From assembly GCA_002783525.1 (NCBI GenBank), contig PFGS01000096.1:1-29995 (forward strand): a stretch of 29,995 nucleotides of DNA. Direction: 5' to 3'. The notes below the pieces were generated by a model that was given only the letters and a program-made list of their open reading frames with translations, had not been told where the DNA came from and made no database searches. Every line of letters starts with the position of its first letter. Positions within the stretch are counted from its first letter, which is position 1. The translations under genes were made by a program, and so were the position numbers. Shown here piece after piece: positions 1-8,540 of the stretch. The DNA comes from Ignavibacteriales bacterium CG12_big_fil_rev_8_21_14_0_65_30_8 (lineage in GTDB: Bacteria; Bacteroidota; Ignavibacteria; Ignavibacteriales; Ignavibacteriaceae).

Positions 1-495
1 AAAGTTCAAAATATAAATATTTGGGATAAAATAGGTTTTGTACCTGGACACGGAAACAGTAATACCCCACACGAATATTCTTTTATTGATAAAAACCCGT
101 TTGATGCAACTTCATTTTATTATAGACTAAAACAAATTGATGTTGACGGTAAATATGTTTTATCAGATGCTATATTAGTTAATCTAAATGTACCTGATAA
201 ACCAAAGCTGCTTCAAAATAATCCCAACCCTTTTAATCCTTCTACTTCAATTAAATTTTTTATTCCAAATCAATCTGATGTAAAAATAAAAGTTTATGAT
301 CTACTTGGAAGAGAAGTAACAACTCTTATAAATAAGAATGTAAGTGAAGGATATCATATTGTGTTTTGGAATGGAGTTGATAAAAACGGAGAGTTTGCTT
401 CAAGTGGAGTTTATTTATACAGATTAACGGCAGTTGCTTCTACTGGCTCAACAACTGTTTTTACTGAAACAAAAAAGATGACACTTTTAAAATAA
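1..495 (+). CDS. 3' end of a T9SS-secreted protein (C-terminal sorting domain with FlgD-like Ig features); 5' truncated by the window
   Basis: Frame 1 is open from base 1 to TAA 493-495. It reads ...YYRLKQIDVDG...LLQNNPNPFNPSTSIKF...KVYDLLGREVTTL...WNGVDKNGEFASSGVYLYRL...TKKMTLLK*, the typical T9SS CTD pattern. Not in the supplied ORF track. Confidence 0.9.
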   Translation, partial: KVQNINIWDKIGFVPGHGNSNTPHEYSFIDKNPFDATSFYYRLKQIDVDGKYVLSDAILVNLNVPDKPKLLQNNPNPFNPSTSIKFFIPNQSDVKIKVYDLLGREVTTLINKNVSEGYHIVFWNGVDKNGEFASSGVYLYRLTAVASTGSTTVFTETKKMTLLK

Positions 496-516
496 TTAAA
501 CTTAAAAATTTTATTT

Positions 517-550
517 AAGGCAACTTTTTTCAAGTTGCCTTTTTTATTTT
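517..550 (+). terminator. Rho-independent terminator
   Basis: Perfect 10-bp stem AAGGCAACTT (517-526) / AAGTTGCCTT (532-541), 5-nt loop, followed by a T-run, 21 nt after the stop codon. Confidence 0.85.
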
Positions 551-622
551 AAAAAATCCTTCACACCAAAATCTACTATTGTTATATTTAATTATGTAAT
601 TTTAAAAATTTCTATTATTGAA

Positions 623-1846
623 ATGAAAAAAACATCACTCATCTTTTTCATCATAACTTTATTTTTAACAAATCTTTTTGCCCAGCAGGATGTTAGAATA
701 ATGACCTACAACTTGCTGAATTATGACAGCTCTGTAGATACTTCAAGAAACACTTACTTTAGAGAAATAATAAATGCAACAAATCCTGATATATTAGTAG
801 TTGAAGAAATATTGAACCAGAATTCTGTAGATGTGTTTTTAAGTAATGTGATGAATGCCGTTAATTCTAACTATAGAGCTGGAATTTTTATAGATGGATT
901 TGATACAAAAAATGCTATTTATTATGACAACACAAAATTTCAATTTGTACTAAATACAGTTATAACAACAGAGTTAAGAGATATAAATGAATTTAAAGTA
1001 GTAAATATTTCAAGCAATGATACTTTAAGAATTTATGCTGTTCATTTGAAGGCCAGTACAGATATAACCAATGAAAATAAAAGGGCCGACGAAGTTGATT
1101 CATTGAGAAAAGTTACCGATGCACTCTCCACTAGCAGTAACTTTATCGTATTAGGTGATTTTAATATTTACAGTTCATTTGAACCGGCATATATAAAATT
1201 AACTGACCAAACTAATTCAGGTTATTTTATTGACCCTATAAGTATGAGCGGTACCTGGAATAATTCAATTTATTCCGCTTATCATACCCAGGCTACAAGA
1301 TCAAGCTTTGGTGGATTGGACGACAGGTTTGATATGATCTTATACTCAAATGCAATTAATCAAAAATTAAGAATTGAATATGTAACTGATTCAACTATAC
1401 CTTTTGGTAATGACGGAAATCATTATAATAAATCAATTAATGATCAACCAAACACAGCAGTATCTTCTACAGTTGCTGATGCTTTGTTTAATGCTTCTGA
1501 TCATCTTCCTGTTTATGCAACATTTAAATTTCTGAATGCCACGGATATTAAATATGAACAAACTGTACCTGCTCAGTTTTCATTAAGTCAAAATTACCCC
1601 AATCCATTTAATCCGGAAACAGCTATCAGCTATCAGCTTTCAGCATTCAGCTTTGTAACTTTAAAAGTTTATGATCTACTTGGAAGGGAAGTTGCGACTA
1701 TAGTAAATGAAGAAAAACCATCCGGTAATTATGAAGTTAAATTTAATGCAGAAAATTTATCCAGTGGAATTTTTTTTTATAGATTAACTAGCGTTAGTGG
1801 TTCAAGTAAATTTGTACAGACAAAAAAAATGATACTGCTTCGCTGA
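623..1846 (+). CDS. Secreted endonuclease/exonuclease/phosphatase (EEP, DNase I-like fold) with T9SS C-terminal domain
   Basis: Signal peptide (..LFA|QQD); EEP motifs TYN, VEE, HL, GDFN, DRFD, SDH; CTD QNYPNPFNP..KVYDLLGREV..KKMILLR. Confidence 0.88.
   Translation: MKKTSLIFFIITLFLTNLFAQQDVRIMTYNLLNYDSSVDTSRNTYFREIINATNPDILVVEEILNQNSVDVFLSNVMNAVNSNYRAGIFIDGFDTKNAIYYDNTKFQFVLNTVITTELRDINEFKVVNISSNDTLRIYAVHLKASTDITNENKRADEVDSLRKVTDALSTSSNFIVLGDFNIYSSFEPAYIKLTDQTNSGYFIDPISMSGTWNNSIYSAYHTQATRSSFGGLDDRFDMILYSNAINQKLRIEYVTDSTIPFGNDGNHYNKSINDQPNTAVSSTVADALFNASDHLPVYATFKFLNATDIKYEQTVPAQFSLSQNYPNPFNPETAISYQLSAFSFVTLKVYDLLGREVATIVNEEKPSGNYEVKFNAENLSSGIFFYRLTSVSGSSKFVQTKKMILLR
1620..1654 (+). repeat. 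Five tandem imperfect heptamers CAGC(T/A)(A/T)T inside the CTD coding region
   Basis: CAGCTAT CAGCTAT CAGCTTT CAGCATT CAGCTTT read directly from the sequence. Confidence 0.85.
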
Positions 1847-2385
1847 GGCTTTTTAAAAAAGGTACTGTTTTATTAATAATTTTAATATCTCAATTAAAAG
1901 AGTATATAGTCGGAAAATATTGTTATTCTTTTTATTACACCATTAATTAAAAATGCTACATCTACAAATTTTACAAATAATCCAACTGGTCTTCTATTAC
2001 TTTTAGCGTATTTAATTTCGCTATTATTTGTGATTTATTTCAGATATAAAAATAAAAACAAAGCTGCTTTTATTTCATCCAACTCACTTATATTAACTCT
2101 TATGTTGAGTGTCATATATTCAATTTGTCCTAATATTTTAATTTCTATTTTAAATTCAGAACACAGTCTAACAATATCTAATTCCTCTGCATCCGAATAT
2201 AGGCTTAGTAATGGCAAATTTGGTTTATAATAGAGATGACTTTAGCTAATACTTATACAATATATATGTACCGTTCATTTAATGATAAATTGAAACTTTC
2301 AGATATTAATAACGATGAAAGTCATTATTGAATTCAATTAAATATTGATCTTTAAGGTAAATGATAGTTTGTATCTTGTAATACA

Positions 2386-2416
2386 TTGAAATACAATCAT
2401 TTAAGACTTATATTTG
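2386..2416 (+). promoter_or_regulatory. Candidate Bacteroidota-type housekeeping promoter (-33 TTG / -7 TAnnTTTG) for miaB
   Basis: TATATTTG at 2409-2416, TTG at 2386-2388, 20-nt spacer, about 22 nt upstream of ATG 2439. Confidence 0.6.
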
Positions 2417-2438
2417 CCTACTATTTTAAAAAGTGATA

Positions 2439-3785
2439 ATGCAAAAAAACAAAGTATATATAGAAACATACGGATGCCAGATGAATATGGCTGACACTGA
2501 ATTAGTACAGGGAATTCTATTAAAACAAGGTTATGAATTAACTGAAAATTCAAACGAAGCCGCCGTTGTTTTATTAAACACATGCAGCATAAGAGAAAAA
2601 GCTGAAGAAAGAATTTACGGTAGACTTGGAAATTTTAAGAATGTAAAACAATCAAATTCAAATTTAGTTGTTGGTATTTTGGGCTGCATGGCAGAACGTT
2701 TGCGCAAAGATTTAATTGAAGAGAAAAAAATAGTAGATCTTGTTGTTGGTCCTGATGAATACAGAAAATTACCTGAATTAATAGATGTTGCGTTTAACGG
2801 CGGTAAAGGAATCGGTGTTCAGCTTTCAAAAACAGAAACCTATGACGACCTTATTCCATACAGAGAAGACGGACTGCAAGCCTGGATATCGGTAATGAGA
2901 GGTTGTGACAAATTCTGTACATTCTGTGTTGTTCCTTTTACAAGAGGAAGAGAAAGAAGTCGTTCATTAAATTCTATTGTTGAAGAAATAAAACATCTTT
3001 CTGAAAGAGGATTTAGGGAAGTAACACTGCTTGGACAAAATGTTAATTCATATTCTGATAACGAATATGATTTTGCTGATCTTCTTGCTGCATGTGCTGA
3101 AGTTGATCCTTATTTGAGAATTAGATTTACAACTTCTCACCCGAAAGATCTTTCAGATAAATTACTTTACACAATATATGGACATCAAAACATATGTAAT
3201 TATATTCATCTTCCGTTTCAGTCAGGTTCAAACAAAATTTTGGAAGCAATGAACAGAACTTACACGATTGAACATTATTTAGAGCTAATCAATAAAGCTA
3301 AAAAAATAATTCCTAATGTTTCTTTTTCTACTGATATAATTGCGGGTTTTCCAACCGAGACAAAGGAAGATCATCAAATGACTTTGGATGTTTTAAGAAA
3401 GGTTAGATATGACGGTGCTTATATGTTTAAATATTCACCAAGGGAAGGGACAAAAGCATATAAAATGAATGACGACGTTTCCGAAGAAATAAAAGTTAAA
3501 CGATTGCAGGAAATTATAGATCTTCAACATCAGATTTCTTTAGAAAAAAACAATGAACAAATTGACACGGAAGAAATTATTTTAATAGAAGGTTACAGTA
3601 GAAAATCAAACGACAATTTAGCAGGCAGAACAGATGGAAATAAAGTAGTAATAATTCCATTTGATGAAAAAATTAAAACAGGAAGTTATGTTAAGGTAAA
3701 AATAAACAGAGCCACCTCAGGAACTCTTTTTGGCGAATTTATTGACTTTTATGATGTAAAATCTAATCTTGCCGTTACAGTATAA
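2439..3785 (+). CDS. miaB: tRNA-2-methylthio-N6-dimethylallyladenosine synthase MiaB
   Basis: N-terminal ETYGCQMN, radical SAM GCDKFCTFC, LLGQNVNSY, C-terminal TRAM domain. ATG 2439 preferred over GTG 2433. Confidence 0.95.
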   Translation: MQKNKVYIETYGCQMNMADTELVQGILLKQGYELTENSNEAAVVLLNTCSIREKAEERIYGRLGNFKNVKQSNSNLVVGILGCMAERLRKDLIEEKKIVDLVVGPDEYRKLPELIDVAFNGGKGIGVQLSKTETYDDLIPYREDGLQAWISVMRGCDKFCTFCVVPFTRGRERSRSLNSIVEEIKHLSERGFREVTLLGQNVNSYSDNEYDFADLLAACAEVDPYLRIRFTTSHPKDLSDKLLYTIYGHQNICNYIHLPFQSGSNKILEAMNRTYTIEHYLELINKAKKIIPNVSFSTDIIAGFPTETKEDHQMTLDVLRKVRYDGAYMFKYSPREGTKAYKMNDDVSEEIKVKRLQEIIDLQHQISLEKNNEQIDTEEIILIEGYSRKSNDNLAGRTDGNKVVIIPFDEKIKTGSYVKVKINRATSGTLFGEFIDFYDVKSNLAVTV

Positions 3786-3798
3786 GGGAGTATGAAAA

Positions 3799-4530
3799 AT
3801 GAAAAAGCTACCAATAAATATTTTTCTTCTTTTAGTCCTTCTGCTTTCATCAGTAAATTTATTCTCTCAGGAAGTAAATATTGTTCCTTATTTAAAACAA
3901 ATTGATAACGGTCAAAAAATTCAGGCAATGGCACAGCTTGTAAAATTAAAAGATGATTATCCCGATGATCCATCAGTAATGTTTTTAGAAGGTGTCCTTA
4001 CACAAAATGGACAGGATGCAGTTGCCATTTATAATAAAATAATTAATGAACATCCTAAATCCAGATATGCAGATGCATCAGTGTTCAGAATTTATTCTTA
4101 TTATTATTCTTTGGGTCTTTACGGAACTGCAAATTCTTTTTTGAATAGATTAAAGAATGACTATCCAAATTCTCCCTATATTAAAATAGCAGAACAAAGA
4201 AATGTAAGTATTACTCAGCCTGAAGTAGAGCCAACACCGGCTCAGTCTGTTGTTCAAAAACCTGAACCTCAACAACCTAAAAGCAATATTGAGTATAAGT
4301 ACACAATACAAGTCGGTGCATTTACAAATAGTAATAATTCAAATAATTTAAAAGCAAAATTTGAAAGTGCAGGTTTCTATTCTTCTATCTCTGAAAAAAA
4401 TGTAGCCGGAACGATATTCCATATAGTATTTGTTGGAAAATTTGAAACAAAAGAAAGTGCAAAGAAAGCTCTTGATATAATTAATAGGCAATTTAACCTT
4501 GATGCAAGAGTTACTACTTTAAATAAATGA
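3799..4530 (+). CDS. Periplasmic TPR/BamD-like repeat protein with C-terminal SPOR peptidoglycan-binding domain
   Basis: Signal peptide; helical repeats (..HPKSRYA.., ..YPNSPY..); Pro/Gln linker; SPOR signature YTIQVGAF..N..NL..K. SD-like AGGGAG 8 nt upstream. Confidence 0.8.
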   Translation: MKKLPINIFLLLVLLLSSVNLFSQEVNIVPYLKQIDNGQKIQAMAQLVKLKDDYPDDPSVMFLEGVLTQNGQDAVAIYNKIINEHPKSRYADASVFRIYSYYYSLGLYGTANSFLNRLKNDYPNSPYIKIAEQRNVSITQPEVEPTPAQSVVQKPEPQQPKSNIEYKYTIQVGAFTNSNNSNNLKAKFESAGFYSSISEKNVAGTIFHIVFVGKFETKESAKKALDIINRQFNLDARVTTLNK

Positions 4531-4539
4531 TCTTCTTAA

Positions 4540-5310
4540 ATGTCTGAGTTGATTTTTATAGGTACAGGTTCTGCATTAGAATCTTTAGATCGTTTTCATT
4601 CCTCCTTTTTAATAAAATCGAAAAATTATAATTTATTGATAGATGCAGGGGATGGTGTTTCAAAGGCATTATTAAATCAACAAATAAATTATTTTTCTAT
4701 TGATGGAATTCTGTTTACACATTTTCATCCTGATCATTTTTCAGGATTTGGCGGACTAATTGTACAAATGGAAATTTTACAAAGAGAAGAACCATTAGAA
4801 ATATTTGCTCATAGCAAACTAATTCCATTTATTAAAGATTATTTACACCTTTCCTATCTTTATGAAAAAAGATTAAAATTCAAAATTAATTTTGTTGGGT
4901 ATGAACACGAGGAAGATTTTAATATTTGTGATAACCTAAAAGTAATCTCAAAGAATAACACACATATTGATATCTATAAAAAATATGGTGCAGAATTCAA
5001 AAATTATTTTTCTTCTTCAAGTTTTATACTTACAACTGAAAACAAGAAAATATTTTATACAGGTGATATCGGTTCCGGTAATGACCTGTATATATTTTCT
5101 GATGAAAAGATAAATTATATGATAACAGAAATTACTCATGTTTCAGCTGTAGATATTATTGAAGCAGTAAAAACAATAAAACCGGAAAAATTATATTTAA
5201 CTCATATTAGTGATGCAGATACACAAAAAATTAATAGTATTATTAAAGAAAACTCAAAGTTTTATATTTCCACGATTGAAGCAAAAGACGGACTAAAATT
5301 TAAAATATAG
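4540..5310 (+). CDS. MBL-fold metallo-hydrolase, RNase Z/BN-like
   Basis: FIGTGSA start, LLIDAG, HxHxDH motif THFHPDH, YTGD and late TH motif. Confidence 0.8.
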   Translation: MSELIFIGTGSALESLDRFHSSFLIKSKNYNLLIDAGDGVSKALLNQQINYFSIDGILFTHFHPDHFSGFGGLIVQMEILQREEPLEIFAHSKLIPFIKDYLHLSYLYEKRLKFKINFVGYEHEEDFNICDNLKVISKNNTHIDIYKKYGAEFKNYFSSSSFILTTENKKIFYTGDIGSGNDLYIFSDEKINYMITEITHVSAVDIIEAVKTIKPEKLYLTHISDADTQKINSIIKENSKFYISTIEAKDGLKFKI

Positions 5311-5382
5311 TATAAAAAATCTTTCCAAATCTCAAAAAATGTATTATATTTACTCCCTAATTGAAAAAAATAAGCAATTGTG

Positions 5383-5396
5383 TGTCATCTTGGCAG
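5383..5396 (+). promoter_or_regulatory. Candidate operator TGTCA-N3-TGGCA upstream of the Fis-family ATPase regulator
   Basis: Imperfect inverted repeat (one mismatch) ending 12 nt before ATG 5408, standing out as GC-richer in an AT-rich spacer. Confidence 0.4.
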
Positions 5397-5407
5397 AAAC
5401 ATAATAA

Positions 5408-6511
5408 ATGACAGTAGAAGAATTTAAAAATAAATACGGAATAATTGGCAATTCTAAAGAAATTAAGGATTTAGAAGATATTTCGTTGCAGGTTGCTCAA
5501 TCTGATATTTCTGTATTAATTTACGGGGAAAGCGGAGTTGGAAAAGAAGTCTTTGCTGCTGCAATTCACGGACAAAGTAAAAGAGCTAATTCAAAATTAG
5601 TAAGCGTAAATTGCGGAGCCATACCTGAAGGAATTTTAGAGAGCGAATTATTTGGTCACGAAAAAGGTTCCTTCACAGGTGCAGTCGGAAAAAGAAAAGG
5701 ATACTTTGAAATTGCAGACGGCGGTACATTATTTTTAGATGAAATTGCAGAAATGCCTTTAAGAACTCAGGTAAGACTTTTAAGAGTTTTAGAGACAAAA
5801 GAGTTTATGAGAATTGGCAGTGAGACAGTAACAAAAGTTGATGTAAGAATAATTGCGGCAACAAATAAAAATCTTCAGGAAGAAGTTGATGCAAAAAGAT
5901 TTAGAGAAGATCTATATTTTAGATTAAAAGCAGTAACACTTACAGTTCCACCTTTAAGAAATAGAAAAAACGATATTGATGATTTAGTAAAACATTTTAT
6001 TAATATTTCTGCAAAAGAAAACAACATTTCTCCACCAACAGTCACTGATGATGCATTAGATTTCTTAAGGGAATATAGTTGGCCAGGTAATGTGAGAGAA
6101 CTTAAAAACACAATTGAAACAGCAGTAATACTAAATAAAGAAAATATTCTTGACAAAAAAGTATTTGAATCATTATTATTTAGTGTTAAAGATACTATTG
6201 ATAAAAGAAATTTGCCTGTGTTTTTAAATAAGTCTTCTGATGATGCAGATAGAGAATTAATTTACAGAGCATTGTTTGAACTTAAAAAAGATATAATGGA
6301 ACTAAAAGATATTGTTGTGCATAAGCAGAGAGAAGATTTTGAAAAAGAGTTATCTCAAATACAGCAAGAGGTAATCCCGTTAGATAATATGGAATACGAA
6401 GCCATTAAAAATGCATTAGAATTTACACACGGAAACAAAAGAAAAGCGGCTAAACTTTTGAAAATTAGTGAAAGAACACTTTACCGAAAAATAAAAGAAT
6501 ATAATTTATAA
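5408..6511 (+). CDS. Sigma54-interaction-domain (AAA+) Fis-family transcriptional regulator with no N-terminal sensor or receiver domain
   Basis: Walker A GESGVGKE, GSFTGA loop, Walker B LFLDEI, RFREDLYFRL, WPGNVREL, C-terminal HTH ..ERTLYRKIKEY. Confidence 0.92.
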   Translation: MTVEEFKNKYGIIGNSKEIKDLEDISLQVAQSDISVLIYGESGVGKEVFAAAIHGQSKRANSKLVSVNCGAIPEGILESELFGHEKGSFTGAVGKRKGYFEIADGGTLFLDEIAEMPLRTQVRLLRVLETKEFMRIGSETVTKVDVRIIAATNKNLQEEVDAKRFREDLYFRLKAVTLTVPPLRNRKNDIDDLVKHFINISAKENNISPPTVTDDALDFLREYSWPGNVRELKNTIETAVILNKENILDKKVFESLLFSVKDTIDKRNLPVFLNKSSDDADRELIYRALFELKKDIMELKDIVVHKQREDFEKELSQIQQEVIPLDNMEYEAIKNALEFTHGNKRKAAKLLKISERTLYRKIKEYNL

Positions 6512-6520
6512 ATATTATAA

Positions 6521-7069
6521 ATGGGCAGAAACGATAAAATAATACCGGACTTTAAGAAAAATAATAAGAAGACAATTATTTTCTTGTTTATAGTCTGTTT
6601 CACAATTAATTTTAATGCTTGCGGTGTATATTCTTTTTCAGGTGCATCTGTTCCTTCGCATTTAAAGACAATATCTATTCCAATTGCTGAAGATAGAAGT
6701 GGTTCAGGTGAACCAGGATTAAGAGAATTAGTAACAGAAAAATTAATTCAAAAGTTTATTGATGATAATAGTCTGCAGGTTTCGGAAAAAGGAAAAGCAA
6801 ATGCTAATCTTGACTGCACAGTAACCGGATTTTCTGATGTGCCGAATATTGTTGCAGCCGGTGAAAATATTACATCAAGAAGATTAACCATTATTATTAA
6901 TGTAACTTATACTGATAATGTTAATAAAAAAGTAATTTTTGAAAAAGGATTTTCAAATTATGGTGATTATCCACCTGCTGGAAATTTAAATGATAGAAAA
7001 GAAGCAATTAACACAGCTATTGATAGAATTACAGAAGATATTTTATTAAGTGTAGTTTCAGGATGGTAA
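6521..7069 (+). CDS. lptE: LptE-family LPS assembly lipoprotein
   Basis: Lipobox-like NACG followed by YSFSGAS..KTISIP, the pattern of FCB-group LptE proteins. It follows the sigma54-type regulator, as is usual in Bacteroidota. Confidence 0.7.
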   Translation: MGRNDKIIPDFKKNNKKTIIFLFIVCFTINFNACGVYSFSGASVPSHLKTISIPIAEDRSGSGEPGLRELVTEKLIQKFIDDNSLQVSEKGKANANLDCTVTGFSDVPNIVAAGENITSRRLTIIINVTYTDNVNKKVIFEKGFSNYGDYPPAGNLNDRKEAINTAIDRITEDILLSVVSGW

Positions 7070-7075
7070 AAAAAA

Positions 7076-8539
7076 ATGGATAATTTCATACTTACTTTAT
7101 ATTTCATGACACTTTCCGTTCTGTTTATTTTCGGTTCACACGGATTTATAATGTTGTTTTATCACAGAAAATATGGAGATAAAAAACAAAAATCTGATAC
7201 TAAGTTAAACCAGAATTCTACAGTCACAATTCAACTTCCTCTTTATAATGAACTTTATGTTGTAAAAAGATTAATAGATTCAGTATGTAAAATTGATTAT
7301 CCTAAAGATAAATTGGAAATTCAGATTCTTGATGATTCAACTGATGAAACTTCTGAAATTGTTGCAGAAATTGTAACTGAAAAATTAAAAGAAGGGTTTG
7401 ACATAAAACAAATAAGAAGGGAGGATAGAAAAGGTTTTAAAGCAGGTGCCTTAAAAGAAGGACTAAAAACTGCCAAAGGTGAATTTATCGCAATTTTTGA
7501 TGCTGATTTTTTACCACAGGAAGATTTTCTAAATAAAACTCTTTCTTTTTTTACAAATGACAATGTTGGTATGGTGCAGACCAGATGGGAACATTTAAAT
7601 GGCAACTATTCAATTATAACAAAAGCTCAGGCTCTGGCTTTGGACGGTCATTTTGTCATTGAACAAAATGTAAGAAACAAAGCCGGATTTTTTATCAATT
7701 TTAATGGAACCGGCGGAATCTGGAGAAAATGTTGTATTGAAGATGCCGGGAACTGGCAAGATGATACTTTAACAGAAGATTTGGATCTTAGTTACAGAGC
7801 TCAATTGAACGGTTGGAAATTTGTTTTCTTAAATGACTTTACTTCTCCTGCAGAATTACCTTCTGAAATTAATGCATTAAAAGCTCAACAATTCAGATGG
7901 ACAAAAGGTGCAATTGAAACAGCTAAAAAAATTCTTCCATTAGTTTGGAAATCAAATGAACCAATGAGAATTAAACTGCAATCAACCTTTCATTTAACAA
8001 ATAATGTTTGTTTCCCATTTATATTGTTAACTGCAATACTAAATGTTCCGTTAATTTTTATTAAAAACAGCGGTGCACACGATCTTTATTTCGGAGTGCT
8101 ATCTCTATTTGTGCTTGCATTTATAAGCTCATTTTTATTCTATTTATATTCACAAAAAGATATTCGACAGGATTGGAGAAGAACAATTGTATTATTCCCA
8201 TTGTTTATGGCCGGCAGTATGGGTTTTGCTGTAAATAATTCAAGAGCAGTTTTTGAAGGACTGTTAAATAGAAAAAGTGAATTTGTACGTACTCCAAAAT
8301 TTAAAGTTATTTCTTCAAATGATACTTGGACTGATAAAAAATATTTAACTAAAAAAGTAAATACAATGGTAATTATAGAATTGATCATGGCAATTTATTG
8401 CTTAATTGGTGTTGTATCTTCAATTTACTTTTTAGAAATTGCAGCTTTACCGTTTCATTTATTATTTTTTATTGGATTTTCATTTGTCTCAATAACTTCA
8501 TTAAGACATGTTTTATCAAAAAAAATAACAACTACTTAG
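7076..8539 (+). CDS. GT2 glycosyltransferase, cellulose-synthase-like (CslA/mannan-synthase-like) membrane protein
   Basis: VTIQLPLYNE, DDS, KAGAL, DAD, TED and QQFRW (D,D,D,QxxRW); one N-terminal and several C-terminal TM segments. Confidence 0.9.
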   Translation: MDNFILTLYFMTLSVLFIFGSHGFIMLFYHRKYGDKKQKSDTKLNQNSTVTIQLPLYNELYVVKRLIDSVCKIDYPKDKLEIQILDDSTDETSEIVAEIVTEKLKEGFDIKQIRREDRKGFKAGALKEGLKTAKGEFIAIFDADFLPQEDFLNKTLSFFTNDNVGMVQTRWEHLNGNYSIITKAQALALDGHFVIEQNVRNKAGFFINFNGTGGIWRKCCIEDAGNWQDDTLTEDLDLSYRAQLNGWKFVFLNDFTSPAELPSEINALKAQQFRWTKGAIETAKKILPLVWKSNEPMRIKLQSTFHLTNNVCFPFILLTAILNVPLIFIKNSGAHDLYFGVLSLFVLAFISSFLFYLYSQKDIRQDWRRTIVLFPLFMAGSMGFAVNNSRAVFEGLLNRKSEFVRTPKFKVISSNDTWTDKKYLTKKVNTMVIIELIMAIYCLIGVVSSIYFLEIAALPFHLLFFIGFSFVSITSLRHVLSKKITTT

Positions 8540-8540
8540 T

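Noticed and set aside
2030-2230. 66-aa plus-strand ORF
   Set aside because: No recognisable motif or RBS; it is the antisense shadow of the more protein-like minus frame.
2289-2397. Short palindromes (TGAAACTTTCA, ATTGAATTCAAT, ATTG-N5-CAAT)
   Set aside because: AT-only-rich short dyads are expected by chance at this base composition, and no cognate regulator is evident.
5391-5407. TGGCA as a sigma54 -24 element
   Set aside because: No TTGC at the -12 position, and it is too close to the ATG.
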